64,000 nucleotides of DNA from an uncultured Verrucomicrobiae bacterium. GTDB lineage: Bacteria; Verrucomicrobiota; Verrucomicrobiia; Chthoniobacterales; Chthoniobacteraceae. The notes beneath the pieces are model-generated. The model was given only the letters and a program-made list of their open reading frames with translations, did not search any database and was not told where the DNA came from. Position numbers and translations under genes: made by a program. The stretch's first letter is position 1. The number at the start of each line of letters is the position of its first letter. Shown piece after piece: positions 36,815 through 47,548 of this stretch. Location of the stretch: the NCBI GenBank assembly GCA_963836755.1, contig CAWIKF010000002.1:1472001-1536000 (forward strand), read 5' to 3'.

Positions 36815-38095
36815 CTAATGCGTGCTCGAATCTCTCTTGCCCAGCGCGTCGGTGGTGACGGAGATGTGGCGAGCGGCCAACTCCTGAGCGAGGCGATCGG
36901 AAACTTTGCCATCAACCCAGAGAGCGAGTCCGTGAATGTCGGGATTACTATGCGCCAGCGCCGCAAAATCCTCGGCACGCCGTGCGGTGCGCTCTGCCCA
37001 AATCGCATAGTCGCATGAAAGCGGAACCACCAGCGCACCATCGCGATCCATCGCGCAGACGACTCCATTTTTGAGACTGATGGAACGCAGTGGCGTCGCG
37101 GTCTTGTTGTAGCGTGCCAGCAATTGTGCGAGGCGCTGGAAAAAGAACGCATCCTCGGAGGTGAGCGCACGGCAGGCTTGTGCGAGAAAAGTTGTCGGAT
37201 TGACGCCGATCGATGTAAGCGCTTCGGTGATGACCGTTTCGTTCACTGGAGAATACCACGGGTGCATGAGAAACGTGTCCGCATCGGGGCGCGAGACGCC
37301 AAGGGCGAAGAGCTTCTTGCGATTCATGATGCGAAGATCTTCGGGCGTGGAATTGATGAGCGTATCCTGCAGCGTCTGGTTCATGCCAATCACTGAGAGC
37401 GCGGCACCGGCGCCGCCGGTGGCTACTGAAGTCGCAGCGGAAACGATCAGCCCGCCGCCAGCCATGGCCTGCGCGGTGCTGGTGAGTTCGCGCTGCAATT
37501 CCTCATTGTTCGTGTAAGGGCTCACGCCGAGCTTCGCAGCGAGTTGCGCCTTCGCTTTGGTGGTGCCCGTAAAACCCTGCAACGCCCCGCCGCTCTCGGA
37601 TTTACTCGCGCCGCCCTTGAGTCCCTCTCCAATGCGGCCAAAAAAGCGAGACGCGCCTTTCGGAATGTTCTGGATTGTGCCGTAGGGGTCGCGCACTACC
37701 TCGGCGACGCTATCGACTTTTGCTCCCACGCTTTGCCCAAGCGCTTTTCGAAACTCGTCCGTTTTGCTCAGTCCGCGCAAATAATCGATCGCATAAATTT
37801 CGCGGATGCGCATCAGCAGCGAGGGCGTGCCGCTGACCTCCAAAACGCCGGAGGGCGAGTCGAGGAAATACGTGTTGTTGAAGCCGTCATTGACGGCGAG
37901 CGGACGAACCGTGTGCAGCGAGCCGTGCATCGAATCCTCCGGTGTAAAGTCTTTCGCCTGCACGTCTCCGCCGGTCTCGAAAGTTTTTTCAAATCTCCCG
38001 AGGAAATCCCGATCATCGGTCTGCGCGGAGGCGGGCGCCAGTGCTGCTGCGAGCAGCGCGAAGATTGATGTGGTGAGGAAGAGATGACGGTTCAT
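36815..38095 (-). CDS. Secreted hypothetical protein
   Basis: Signal peptide ending ASA-Q; 426 aa. Confidence 0.78.
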   Translation of the reverse strand: MNRHLFLTTSIFALLAAALAPASAQTDDRDFLGRFEKTFETGGDVQAKDFTPEDSMHGSLHTVRPLAVNDGFNNTYFLDSPSGVLEVSGTPSLLMRIREIYAIDYLRGLSKTDEFRKALGQSVGAKVDSVAEVVRDPYGTIQNIPKGASRFFGRIGEGLKGGASKSESGGALQGFTGTTKAKAQLAAKLGVSPYTNNEELQRELTSTAQAMAGGGLIVSAATSVATGGAGAALSVIGMNQTLQDTLINSTPEDLRIMNRKKLFALGVSRPDADTFLMHPWYSPVNETVITEALTSIGVNPTTFLAQACRALTSEDAFFFQRLAQLLARYNKTATPLRSISLKNGVVCAMDRDGALVVPLSCDYAIWAERTARRAEDFAALAHSNPDIHGLALWVDGKVSDRLAQELAARHISVTTDALGKRDSSTH

Positions 38096-38165
38096 GGCAT
38101 TGAGAAAGACTGCGACTTTAGAGAGGTCGTGGTGCGACCCTAGGTGGCCCGCTTGAAGGACACTA

Positions 38166-38181
38166 TCGGACTTTGGTCCTA
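38166..38181 (-). promoter_or_regulatory. Palindromic box 11
   Basis: TCGGAC-TTTG-GTCCTA. Confidence 0.85.
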
Positions 38182-38218
38182 TCCACTGACGTCGCCGAAA
38201 TGAACCGCCCCAAATTCG

Positions 38219-38234
38219 TAGGACCTTCGTCCGA
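38219..38234 (+). promoter_or_regulatory. Palindromic box 12
   Basis: TAGGAC-CTTC-GTCCGA upstream of glgP. Confidence 0.85.
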
Positions 38235-38272
38235 TAGACCGGCGCATCGACTACACATCAGGGTGGAGGCGC

Positions 38273-40735
38273 ATGAACATTTCCAATTCTTCTGCCAGCT
38301 CTCTCCGGACCGGTGGAGCCGTGGCGGATCTCAAGCAGAGCTTCCTCGATAACCTTTTCTGCGCGCTCGGTCGTGCACCATTGGCCGCGACGCCGCACGA
38401 CGCTTACGTGGCGCTGGCGCTCACCGTGCGCGACCGCGTGCTAAACCGCGGCGTTCAAACGTTGGAAGCTTACGGAAAGCAGGACGCGAGAGCCGTGGCG
38501 TATCTTTCGGCAGAGTTCCTGCCCGGCCCTCACCTCGCCAACAATCTCCTCAGCCTCGGCATTACCGAACCGGCGCGACAGGCGATGAGCGAACTCGGGT
38601 TGGATCTCGACGAACTGATCGAACTGGAAGAAGAACCGGGCCTTGGCAATGGCGGACTGGGACGACTCGCGGCGTGCTACATGGACTCGCTTGCGTCGGT
38701 GGAGGTGCCGGCGGTCGGCTACGGAATTCGCTACGAGTTCGGGATTTTCGATCAAGTCATCCGCGATGGTTGGCAGGTCGAGATCACCGACAAATGGCTT
38801 CGGTCCGGCAATCCGTGGGAAGTCGCGAGGCCAGAGATCGCGTATGAAATCAAATTTGGCGGAGTCACGGAAACTGGGAACAACAAACGGGTGCGTTGGG
38901 TTCCGCAGACTGTCGTCAAGGGCATTGCCTACGACACGTCAATCCTTGGCTACCGCGTCGGCACATGCAATTGCTTGCGGCTTTGGAAAGCGGAGGCCGT
39001 CGAGTCGTTCGATTTCGCGGCGTTCAACCACGGCGACTATTACCGAGCCGTCGAAGACAAGGTGGCGTCCGAGAACATAACAAAGGTCCTTTACCCGAAC
39101 GATGAGGTCGAGCAGGGCAAGGCGCTGCGACTTCAACAGCAATTCTTTTTCGTCTCGTGTTCGCTCCAGGACATGATCCGCATCCATCTGCTGCTCGGGC
39201 GCTCGCTCGATTCTTTCCATGAAAAATGGGCGGTGCAGCTGAATGACACGCATCCTGCGCTGGCGGTGGCCGAGTTGATGCGGCTGCTGGTGGACGAGCA
39301 CGGCATGGGTTGGGACGCAGCCTGGGAAGTCACGCGTGCGACATGTGCCTACACGAATCACACCCTGCTGCCAGAGGCGCTCGAGAAATGGCCTGTGCCG
39401 CTTTTCTGCCGGCTCCTGCCGCGGCATCTCGAGATCGTCTATGAGATCAACCGGCGCTTCGTCGAAGAAGTGCGCGCCGCTTTTCCCGATGACGACGCCC
39501 GCCTCGAGCGGATGTCGCTCATTGACGAGAGCGGGCCTCGCTATGTCCGTATGGCGAATCTCGCCACTGCCGGCAGCCATCATGTGAATGGAGTCGCGCA
39601 GCTCCACTCCGACTTGCTGAAACGGACCGTTCTGCGCGATTTCGCCGATCTTTGGCCCGAGAAATTCTGCAACGTCACGAATGGCGTCACGCCGCGCCGA
39701 TTCATCGCGCTCAGCAATCCCGCGCTCACGCAGCTCATCACCAGCCACATCGGCGACGGATGGTTACAAAATCTCGATCTGTTGCGGAAACTGGAGCCGC
39801 TGGCCGACGACGCCGCCTTTCAGCAGCAATGGCGCGACGTGAAGCTCGGTGCGAAGCGCAGCCTCGCCGCGCTCATCAAGCAGCGCACGGGCATCGAGGT
39901 CAACCCGGAGTCGCTGTTCGATGTGCAGGTCAAGCGGCTGCACGAATACAAGCGCCAGCATTTGAACGTGCTGCACATCCTCACGCTGTTTCTGCGCCTG
40001 AAACGTGACCCGAACGCCGACGTTCCGGCGCGCACTTTCCTCTTTGGCGCGAAGGCCGCTCCCGGCTACTTCATGGCGAAGCTCATTATCAAGCTAATCA
40101 ATTCTGTCGCTGAGGTGCTCAACAATGACCCCGATGTGCGTGGTCGGCTGAAGGTTGTTTTCTTCCCCGACTACAACGTGAAAAACGCGCAGCACATTTT
40201 TCCCGCAGCGGATCTCTCGGAGCAAATTTCTACCGCTGGCAAGGAAGCATCCGGCACCGGCAACATGAAGCTGTCGATGAATGGGTCGCTGACCATCGGC
40301 ACACTCGATGGCGCCAATGTCGAGATTCGCGAGGAAGTCGGAGCAGAAAACTTTTTTCTCTTCGGACTTCCGGAGGATGAGGTTGTAAAGTTGAAAGCTC
40401 GCGGCTATCGACCGCGCGATTACTACGAAGAGAATGTCACACTGCGCGAGGTGATCGACTTCATCGCGAGTGGCAGTCTGAGCCGCAGCGACGCGGAGCT
40501 GTTTCGTCCGATCGTGGAAAATCTCCTCAATCACGACCCGTTCCTGCTGCTCGCAGATTATCAAAGTTACATCGACGCGCAGGAACGCGTGAGCACGATC
40601 TGGCGGGACTCCCGCGCTTGGACGCGGCAGTCAATTCTCAACTCAGCTCGCATGGGAAAATTCTCCAGCGACCGCTCTATCCGCGATTACTGCGACCGCG
40701 TCTGGAAAATCCAGCCGGCGCCGCTTTCGCAGTAG
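38273..40735 (+). CDS. glgP: Glycogen/maltodextrin phosphorylase
   Basis: GLGNGGLGRLAAC, KRLHEYKRQ, and the PLP motif EASGTGNMK. Confidence 0.97.
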   Translation: MNISNSSASSLRTGGAVADLKQSFLDNLFCALGRAPLAATPHDAYVALALTVRDRVLNRGVQTLEAYGKQDARAVAYLSAEFLPGPHLANNLLSLGITEPARQAMSELGLDLDELIELEEEPGLGNGGLGRLAACYMDSLASVEVPAVGYGIRYEFGIFDQVIRDGWQVEITDKWLRSGNPWEVARPEIAYEIKFGGVTETGNNKRVRWVPQTVVKGIAYDTSILGYRVGTCNCLRLWKAEAVESFDFAAFNHGDYYRAVEDKVASENITKVLYPNDEVEQGKALRLQQQFFFVSCSLQDMIRIHLLLGRSLDSFHEKWAVQLNDTHPALAVAELMRLLVDEHGMGWDAAWEVTRATCAYTNHTLLPEALEKWPVPLFCRLLPRHLEIVYEINRRFVEEVRAAFPDDDARLERMSLIDESGPRYVRMANLATAGSHHVNGVAQLHSDLLKRTVLRDFADLWPEKFCNVTNGVTPRRFIALSNPALTQLITSHIGDGWLQNLDLLRKLEPLADDAAFQQQWRDVKLGAKRSLAALIKQRTGIEVNPESLFDVQVKRLHEYKRQHLNVLHILTLFLRLKRDPNADVPARTFLFGAKAAPGYFMAKLIIKLINSVAEVLNNDPDVRGRLKVVFFPDYNVKNAQHIFPAADLSEQISTAGKEASGTGNMKLSMNGSLTIGTLDGANVEIREEVGAENFFLFGLPEDEVVKLKARGYRPRDYYEENVTLREVIDFIASGSLSRSDAELFRPIVENLLNHDPFLLLADYQSYIDAQERVSTIWRDSRAWTRQSILNSARMGKFSSDRSIRDYCDRVWKIQPAPLSQ

Positions 40736-40762
40736 CGCGCCGGATGATGGCAAAATCAGCAA

Positions 40763-41197
40763 ATGGTTGCAAACCTCCTCATCGCCTGGTGCCTGCTCGC
40801 GCTGTGCGTCGCGATCCATGCGACGGGATTGACGGTGGGTTTCAACTGGCTCCGGCGTCGGACCCCGCCAGCCGAAGGGCAAATCTGGCCGGCGACGTGG
40901 CTGCTCATCCAGATCGCGGGCTGGACGCTGTTCATACATCTCATCGAAATCGCCGTGTGGGCGTTCGCCTATGTCGGGTTGCGCGCATTGCCGGACCTCA
41001 CGAGCGCACTTTACTTCAGCGCCGTGACCTATACCACCACGGGCTACGGCGATCTCGTGCTGCCGCAGGATTGGCGCCTCGTCGGCGCAATCGAGGCGCT
41101 CACTGGCATCCTGATGTGCGGCCTTTCGGCGGGAATGTTTTTTGCGGTTTTCTCGAAGGTCTTTCGACTGAACATAGTGAGTCCGGAAATTAAATGA
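40763..41197 (+). CDS. Potassium channel family protein (Ion_trans_2)
   Basis: YFSAVTYTTTGYGD selectivity filter. Confidence 0.88.
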   Translation: MVANLLIAWCLLALCVAIHATGLTVGFNWLRRRTPPAEGQIWPATWLLIQIAGWTLFIHLIEIAVWAFAYVGLRALPDLTSALYFSAVTYTTTGYGDLVLPQDWRLVGAIEALTGILMCGLSAGMFFAVFSKVFRLNIVSPEIK

Positions 41198-41200
41198 GTC

Positions 41201-42295
41201 ATGCAAGTGCTGCTCACAGAAATCCGCCGCAACCCACTTCTCTGGCTGCTTGCCTTTGTCCCGGTGGTGTTCGCCGCGGAACACTTTTGGCCGGAGGCGC
41301 ACACGTTGCTTTTCCTGCTGTCGGTGCTCGCTATCGTGCCGCTGGCGGCATTGCTCAGCCACGCCACGGAATCCGTCGCGAGCAAGACGGGCGACGCGGT
41401 CGGCGGCTTGCTCAATGCCACGCTAGGCAATCTCACGGAACTCGTCATCGCGCTGGCCGCCTTGCGTGCCGGTCAATACATGCTGGTGAAGGCTTCAGTC
41501 GCTGGCGCGATTGTCACCAATACGCTGTTCATGCTCGGAGCCTCGTTTCTCTTGGGCGGACTCAAACATCACACACAAGAGTTCAACCGCGTCTCCGCCC
41601 GGATGCAAGCGGGCCTGCTTTTTCTCGCGACGGTGGCACTGCTTGTTCCATCGGCTATTTCAAAAGTCGATTCAGCCAAGTTTGCCGGTGTGACCCAAAC
41701 CCTGAGCGTTGGCCTCGCCGTATTGCTGATCGCAGTTTATGGGCTTGGCATGCTTTTTTCCCTGAAGACACATCGCGAGCTCTTCACCAGTGCCGAGCAC
41801 GGCGAGGAAGGCGAAGAGCCGTGGCCCATCGGGCTGGCGCTTGTAGTGCTGGCGGTCGTCACCGTGCTTGTGGCTCTGGTGAGCGAAATTTTCGTCGAGT
41901 CCGTGCAGGAGGCGGCGAAGGTGTTTGGAATGACTCCCGCGTTCGTGGGCTTCATCGTCGTCGCGCTCGTTGGCGGCGCGGCAGAAATGGCCTCCGCTTT
42001 CTCCGGAGCGCGTAAAAATCGCTTGGATCTGAGCGTCGGCATCGCGCTGGGCAGTGCGTCGCAAATCGCGCTTTTTGTGGCGCCCGCGCTTGTGCTTCTC
42101 AGCTATGTGCTCGGTCCGACGCCGATGGACCTGCGGTTCTGGCCGGGTGCCGTGGTGATGATGCTTCTTGCCACGGTGACCGCCTCCTTCGTCAGCGGTA
42201 GCGGACGCTCGACGTGGTTTACCGGCGTGCTCGTGCTGACCGTTTACCTCATCTTCGCCATGACGCTTTACGTCCTGCCGCCCCAAGGACAATGA
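41201..42295 (+). CDS. Ca2+/H+ exchanger (CAX family)
   Basis: LLNATLGNLTEL, GGAAE, GSASQIALFVAP. Confidence 0.92.
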   Translation: MQVLLTEIRRNPLLWLLAFVPVVFAAEHFWPEAHTLLFLLSVLAIVPLAALLSHATESVASKTGDAVGGLLNATLGNLTELVIALAALRAGQYMLVKASVAGAIVTNTLFMLGASFLLGGLKHHTQEFNRVSARMQAGLLFLATVALLVPSAISKVDSAKFAGVTQTLSVGLAVLLIAVYGLGMLFSLKTHRELFTSAEHGEEGEEPWPIGLALVVLAVVTVLVALVSEIFVESVQEAAKVFGMTPAFVGFIVVALVGGAAEMASAFSGARKNRLDLSVGIALGSASQIALFVAPALVLLSYVLGPTPMDLRFWPGAVVMMLLATVTASFVSGSGRSTWFTGVLVLTVYLIFAMTLYVLPPQGQ

Positions 42296-42326
42296 CCGCA
42301 TTTTTAACCTCAAATCCTCACCACCC

Positions 42327-43332
42327 ATGCCTACCATATTGACCGTTGTTTTCGACACGAAACGCTTCGACCGCGAAGCTCTCGAAGGGGCGTCCACCGG
42401 CAGCGACGTCGAATGGCGTTTTATGGACTGCCGGCTCTCGGTGGAGACCGCGGCGGCCGCGACAGGTGCGCAGGCTGTCTGCACATTCGTGAATGACCGC
42501 GTGGACCGCGCCTGTGTCGAAGCGCTTGGAAAGCTCGGCGTGCGGCACGTCGCCCTGCGGTGCGCGGGATTCAACAGCGTCGACCTCGCCGCCACTAAAG
42601 ATCTCGGCATCACCGTCACGCGCGTGCCCGCATATTCGCCTCACGCGGTGGCCGAGCACGCCGTGGCGCTGCTGCTCGCGCTCAACCGCAAAATTCCCGC
42701 GCGCCAACAACCGTGTCCACGACCTGAACTTCTCGCTGAGCGGCCTCGTCGGTTTTGACTTGAACGGCAAGACCGCGGGCATTTTCGGCACGGGAAAAAT
42801 CGGCCGCATCGCTGCGCAAATCCTGCGCGGATTTGGCATGCGGGTGCTGGCATACGACCCGTATCCGTCGTCCGAGTGGGCGCAGCAGTTTGGAGTGGAA
42901 TATATCGAGCCGCAGACGCTCGCGCGCGAGAGCGATGTCATCTCGCTGCACACTCCGCTGACCCCCGAAACGCGGCATATCATCAACTCGCGAACCCTGA
43001 ACCTGATGAAGCCGGGCGCGGTGCTGATCAACGTGAGCCGCGGCGCGCTGATCGACACCAAGGCGCTGATCGAGGCGCTGAAATCTGGACGCCTCGGCGG
43101 CGTCGCACTCGATGTTTACGAGGAAGAGGAAGGTGTATTTTTCGAGGACCTCTCCGGCCAAATCCTCCACGACGATGAACTCGCCCGGCTGCTTACTTTC
43201 CCGAACGTCCTCATCACCGCCCACCAAGCGTTCCTCACCCACGAAGCCTTGAGCGAGATCGCCCGCGTGACAGTTGCAAATCTCACCGCCCTTGGAAAAG
43301 CCGAACCATTCCTCGAAGGCACCGCGCTGTAA
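42327..43332 (+). pseudogene. ldhA: D-lactate dehydrogenase (LdhA-like), one frameshift near 42700
   Basis: ALRCAGFN, RVPAYSPHAVAEH / GTGKIG, INVSRG, LDVYEEE, TAHQAF. One extra base in ATTCCCGCGCGCC. Confidence 0.88.
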
Positions 43333-43379
43333 GTTCAACGCAACAATCTGCGCTTAAGTCAGCGTCCTACAATGCAGCT

Positions 43380-44307
43380 AGATAACTCGTTGATCGCGAT
43401 GGGGCATCGTAGGAATCCAGAGACGGTTATGCCCTTCCAGGCGGATCATCCGATAGTTATTGGCGACGGCAAAGCGGTCCAACTGATCCTCCCAGCGCTT
43501 CTCTGTGCCGAGAAGAACGCCTTCGGGATGATTAGCGGAAAGCATGGCGTCAGAGTGCCGGGCGTGGTGATTTTCAAGCGGGCGGCCTTTCGATCCTCAA
43601 GAAACGGGGCAGTGCGCCAGGCGAAGGGGCCGGTGGAACGACGGGTAGATGGAGACGTCCCCTTCCGGCGGATAGATGGGAGCGAGCGTCAGGATTCGCC
43701 CGCGCCTGTTCGTTGGCGAAGGGTTGCACCTTCGCGGTGAATTTTTATGGGCTCCCAACGTCAATAGCGGCAAGATTGTCCACGCGCTCGTAAGCGTGAA
43801 TACCCAGTCGGCGGAGATTTCCGGTTAGGGCGTGCCCATACTTTCTCGGTGTAAGTTTTGAAGAAAATGTTGAACAGCCGGCGCTCCGAATTGGTTCGAC
43901 ATTCACTCCTGAAAGTTGCGCGGGGGCCGAATGGGGAATATCCGCGCCCAGACGTAGGACAGGACGCACAGCAGCGATTCAAAGATTCGCAGCTTTCTCA
44001 GCGCTTCAAACGCCTTTAACGGAGACGAGAAAAAATTTTGGCGATATAGGATACGGGAAGATCGAGGCCGCACCAGCATGTCGTCTGGCAGAATCTCCGT
44101 CCAAAGATCTTCGACTTCCCGTGACTTGAAAAAAAACGATGCCCACCAATGTCGAAATGAAAGCCCTTGTATTCGACGGTTTTCGACATTCCTCCGCCAT
44201 ACTTCGCTTTCGAGAACGATCACCGGCCTTCCCTCCTTCGAGAGAAGATAAGCTGAGGTAAGTCCGGCAGGGCCGGCACCGACGACAAGGACCGGAAGAG
44301 GGGGCAT
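43380..44307 (-). pseudogene. Degraded FAD-dependent oxidoreductase
   Basis: VVGAGPAGLTSAY Rossmann start and FFKTYTEKVW fragment; multiple frameshifts. Confidence 0.7.
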
Positions 44308-44362
44308 TTAATCGCCGATCTTACCACAGGATGAACATCGAGCACTTTGAAATTCCAGCGGA

Positions 44363-44438
44363 ATCGCCCGCGTTTACGGTTGCGAATCTCACCGCCCTTG
44401 GAAAAGCCAAACCCTTCATCGAAGGCACGGTTTCGTAG
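44363..44438 (+). repeat. Diverged duplicate of the ldhA 3' end (43258-43332)
   Basis: Shared ATCGCCCGCG...AATCTCACCGCCCTTGGAAAAGCC..ACC.TTC.TCGAAGGCAC. Confidence 0.85.
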
Positions 44439-44475
44439 CTGATTACCTTGAACCAGCCGCGTTCTGAACGCGGTG

Positions 44476-44491
44476 TAAGACCAAGGTCCGA
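44476..44491 (+). promoter_or_regulatory. Palindromic box 13
   Basis: TAAGAC-CAAG-GTCCGA. Confidence 0.85.
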
Positions 44492-44601
44492 TAGGCGTGA
44501 GGCAAGAGGATGGGGTTTCTTTTTTCGCGAGCGTGCGTCATCGCAACGCTCCGAGTAGCTCACCGCTTTCATACGTCAATAAGACCAAACTCGATCACAC
44601 G

Positions 44602-44934
44602 ATGCCTTCCGAAAATTTCAACATGGACGAGCTCACCGAGGAGCGCCGCAAAGCACTCGCGGCGAGTATTCGCACGATCAGTGTCGACGAATTGAATACC
44701 CTCGGAAGAGAGATCTTTCCAAATTTCGATCACCCGTGGCACACCGCCTTTTTCGACTTCCTCGCGGAGAACTCCGGCGCCACGTTCCATCACGCGACGG
44801 CAGAGGACGGCATCCACGTCATTTATTGCGGTGCTAAGGACAAAGGCATTTGGTTTATACCGGGACGCGGAAAGGGGCCGCTGCAAACGAAGGGGCTGGC
44901 GATCATGAAAGAACTCGCCGCGGGCGCGGCGTGA
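44602..44934 (+). CDS. Hypothetical protein
   Basis: 110-aa ORF between box 13 and glgX. Confidence 0.7.
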   Translation: MPSENFNMDELTEERRKALAASIRTISVDELNTLGREIFPNFDHPWHTAFFDFLAENSGATFHHATAEDGIHVIYCGAKDKGIWFIPGRGKGPLQTKGLAIMKELAAGAA

Positions 44935-44964
44935 CGCTGGCGCGATTGCGTCCAACGTCCGATC

Positions 44965-47073
44965 ATGACCGACTCGCGCGTCTGGCCAGGCCGACCGTCG
45001 CCGCTCGGCGCGACCGTCGATGCGAGCGGCGTTAACTTCGCGCTCTTCTCCGAGAACGCGACGAAGGTCGAGCTGTGCCTGTTCGATTCGCCTGATGCGC
45101 AGGCGGAATCGCAGCGCATCTCACTGCCGGAAAAGACCAATCAAGTCTGGCACGGCTTTTTGCCCGACGTGCAGCGGGGACAAATCTACGGCTATCGCGT
45201 GCATGGACCACACGACCCAGCTCGCGGCCATCGCTTTAATCCGCGAAAGGTTCTGCTTGATCCTTATGCCAAAGCCATCGCGCGCGATTTGCGCTGGCAC
45301 GATTCGGTGCTCGATCCCAAGCGCGACACTGCGCACTGTGCGCCGCTCGCCCGCGTTGTAGATTCGGCGTTTCACTGGAATGGCGACCAGCCGCTGCGCA
45401 CTCCGTGGCACGAGACGCTCGTTTATGAGATGCACGTCAAAGGCTTCACGAAGCAGCATCCCGAAGTGCCGGAGAAGCTGCGCGGAACTTACGCGGGCGT
45501 CGCGTCGCCTGCGGCGATCAAGCATCTGCGCGAGCTGGGCGCGACTGCCGTCGAGCTGCTCCCCGTCCATTACCACATCGATGAGAACTTCCTCGCGTCG
45601 AAAAGTCGCGTGAACTACTGGGGCTACAACACGCTCGGTTTTCTCGCACCCGATCCGCGCTTCTGCGCGAGCGGCCCGGAGGGCGCTGTGCGTGAGTTTC
45701 AGGAGATGGTGTTCGCGCTGCACGCGGCGGGAATCGAGGTCATTCTCGACGTCGTTTACAACCACACCGCCGAGGGCAACGAGCACGGTCCCACGCTTTC
45801 GCTCAAAGGCATCGACAACGCCGCCTACTACCGTCTCGCTGATGATCGCGCGCGCTACGTCGATTTCACCGGCTGTGGCAATTCGCTCAATGTCGCGCAT
45901 CCGCGCGCGCTCCAGCTCATCATGGACTCGCTGCGCCATTGGGTGATCGAGATGCACGCCGATGGTTTCCGCTTCGATCTCGCCAGCGCGCTCGCACGCG
46001 AACTGTGGGAAGTCGATAAGCTCGGCGCGTTTTTTGATATCATCCACCAGGACCCGGTGCTTTCGGAAGTAAAGCTCATCGCCGAGCCGTGGGACCTCGG
46101 CCCGAACGGCTACCAAGTCGGAAATTTTCCGGTGCTCTGGAGCGAGTGGAATGGCAAATATCGCGACTGCGTCCGGCGCTTTTGGAAAGGGCGCGGCGGC
46201 TCCGTGAGCGAGCTGGCGTCGCGGCTCGCGGGCAGCAGCGATCTTTACGCGCACAATGGCCGCCGCCCGAGCGCGAGCGTCAATTTCATCACTGCGCACG
46301 ATGGCTTCACGATGCGCGATCTCGTGAGCTACGATGGCAAACACAACGAGGCGAACGGCGAGGAAAACCGCGATGGTTGCAACGATAACGACAGTTGGAA
46401 TTGCGGCGCGGAGGGCGCGACAAACGACGCGGAGATCATCACGTTGCGCGCCCGGCAGCAGCGCAATCTCCTTGCGACGCTTCTCCTTTCGCAAGGCGTG
46501 CCGATGCTCCTCGCCGGCGACGAATTCGGCCAGACGCAGCACGGTAACAACAACGCCTACTGCCAGGATTCGCCGATCGCGTGGCTCGACTGGAACCTTT
46601 CCGACGAACAGCGCGCGCTGCTGGAGTTCACGCGTGAATTGATGCGGCTGCGGAAATCGGAGCCCGTCTTCCGGCGCCGCCATTTTTTCCAAGGCCGCAC
46701 AATCCATGGCGCCGAAATCAAAGACCTTTATTGGCTGAAGTTTGACGGCACCGAAATGACGGACGCCGACTGGAACGCCGGCCATGCGCGCTGTATCGGC
46801 ATGGGATTGCCCGGCGATCAGATCACGGAAATCGGCGAGCATGGCGAGCGCATCAGCGGCGACACTTTCGCGATCCTGCTCAACGCGCATCACGAGCCGC
46901 TTGATTTCCGTCTTGGCGCACGAAGCCGCGATGCGCGCTGGAGGTGTGTCTTCGACACCGCTGCACCCGACGCCGAATCGCGCACCTTCGAGCACATGAG
47001 CACCTTTCCGCTCCAAGCCCGCTCCCTCGCCGTCCTGCGCGCCGAATTTCCTCCGATTTCCGCCACGATTTGA
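44965..47073 (+). CDS. glgX: Glycogen debranching enzyme
   Basis: [40 protein letters not shown]. Confidence 0.97.
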   Translation: MTDSRVWPGRPSPLGATVDASGVNFALFSENATKVELCLFDSPDAQAESQRISLPEKTNQVWHGFLPDVQRGQIYGYRVHGPHDPARGHRFNPRKVLLDPYAKAIARDLRWHDSVLDPKRDTAHCAPLARVVDSAFHWNGDQPLRTPWHETLVYEMHVKGFTKQHPEVPEKLRGTYAGVASPAAIKHLRELGATAVELLPVHYHIDENFLASKSRVNYWGYNTLGFLAPDPRFCASGPEGAVREFQEMVFALHAAGIEVILDVVYNHTAEGNEHGPTLSLKGIDNAAYYRLADDRARYVDFTGCGNSLNVAHPRALQLIMDSLRHWVIEMHADGFRFDLASALARELWEVDKLGAFFDIIHQDPVLSEVKLIAEPWDLGPNGYQVGNFPVLWSEWNGKYRDCVRRFWKGRGGSVSELASRLAGSSDLYAHNGRRPSASVNFITAHDGFTMRDLVSYDGKHNEANGEENRDGCNDNDSWNCGAEGATNDAEIITLRARQQRNLLATLLLSQGVPMLLAGDEFGQTQHGNNNAYCQDSPIAWLDWNLSDEQRALLEFTRELMRLRKSEPVFRRRHFFQGRTIHGAEIKDLYWLKFDGTEMTDADWNAGHARCIGMGLPGDQITEIGEHGERISGDTFAILLNAHHEPLDFRLGARSRDARWRCVFDTAAPDAESRTFEHMSTFPLQARSLAVLRAEFPPISATI

Positions 47074-47124
47074 ACGTCGAACGTTCGCAAAAGCTCGCGG
47101 CTGAATTAACGAGTGGGAATAAGC

Positions 47125-47443
47125 ATGGATGATCGAATGCAGCGGCTCCAAACGCTGTCGGTTGTCGTATTTCTCGTGATCGCCGCGCCGCTCGCCCGCG
47201 CTGCTTTTTTTCCCTACGCTCTTCGTTCTCGGCTGGTGGTTTGGCGGCGCGCAGCGCAGGGAACTCGGCCTCGCCACCGCCGCGCGAAATTTCGGCGCGG
47301 CACTCGCCCCTGCGGCGAGCTTCTTCCCGGACCCGAACGTCAGCGTAATGATCGTCGTTGGCGCGATCGTTTGCCTCGTCGTCACGTTCGTAGCAGCCGG
47401 ATGGGTGCGCCGACGGAGTGAGCCGGTCTTAGAAGGCGAATAG
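47125..47443 (+). pseudogene. Remnant of a bile acid:sodium symporter-like gene
   Basis: C-terminal fragment LGLATAARNFGAALAPAASFFPDPNVSVMIVV. Confidence 0.5.
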
Positions 47444-47476
47444 ACGGAGTCGCTGCCGGCGGAGCTCGCTCGTGCA

Positions 47477-47492
47477 TAAGACCAAGGTCCGA
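47477..47492 (+). promoter_or_regulatory. Palindromic box 14
   Basis: TAAGAC-CAAG-GTCCGA upstream of fba. Confidence 0.85.
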
Positions 47493-47548
47493 TTGGCGCA
47501 GCGCGAGGACTCGGGAACTGTGGGTTCGCTTCAAACCAGCCGCCCGCC

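Noticed and set aside
43355..43369. Possible extra box TAAGTCAGCGTCCTA after ldhA
   Set aside because: It has a 3-nt spacer, a mismatched left arm and no credible downstream gene.
44947..44962. Possible extra box TGCGTC-CAAC-GTCCGA before glgX
   Set aside because: Only the right arm matches, and it lies 2 nt from the ATG, unlike the other boxes.
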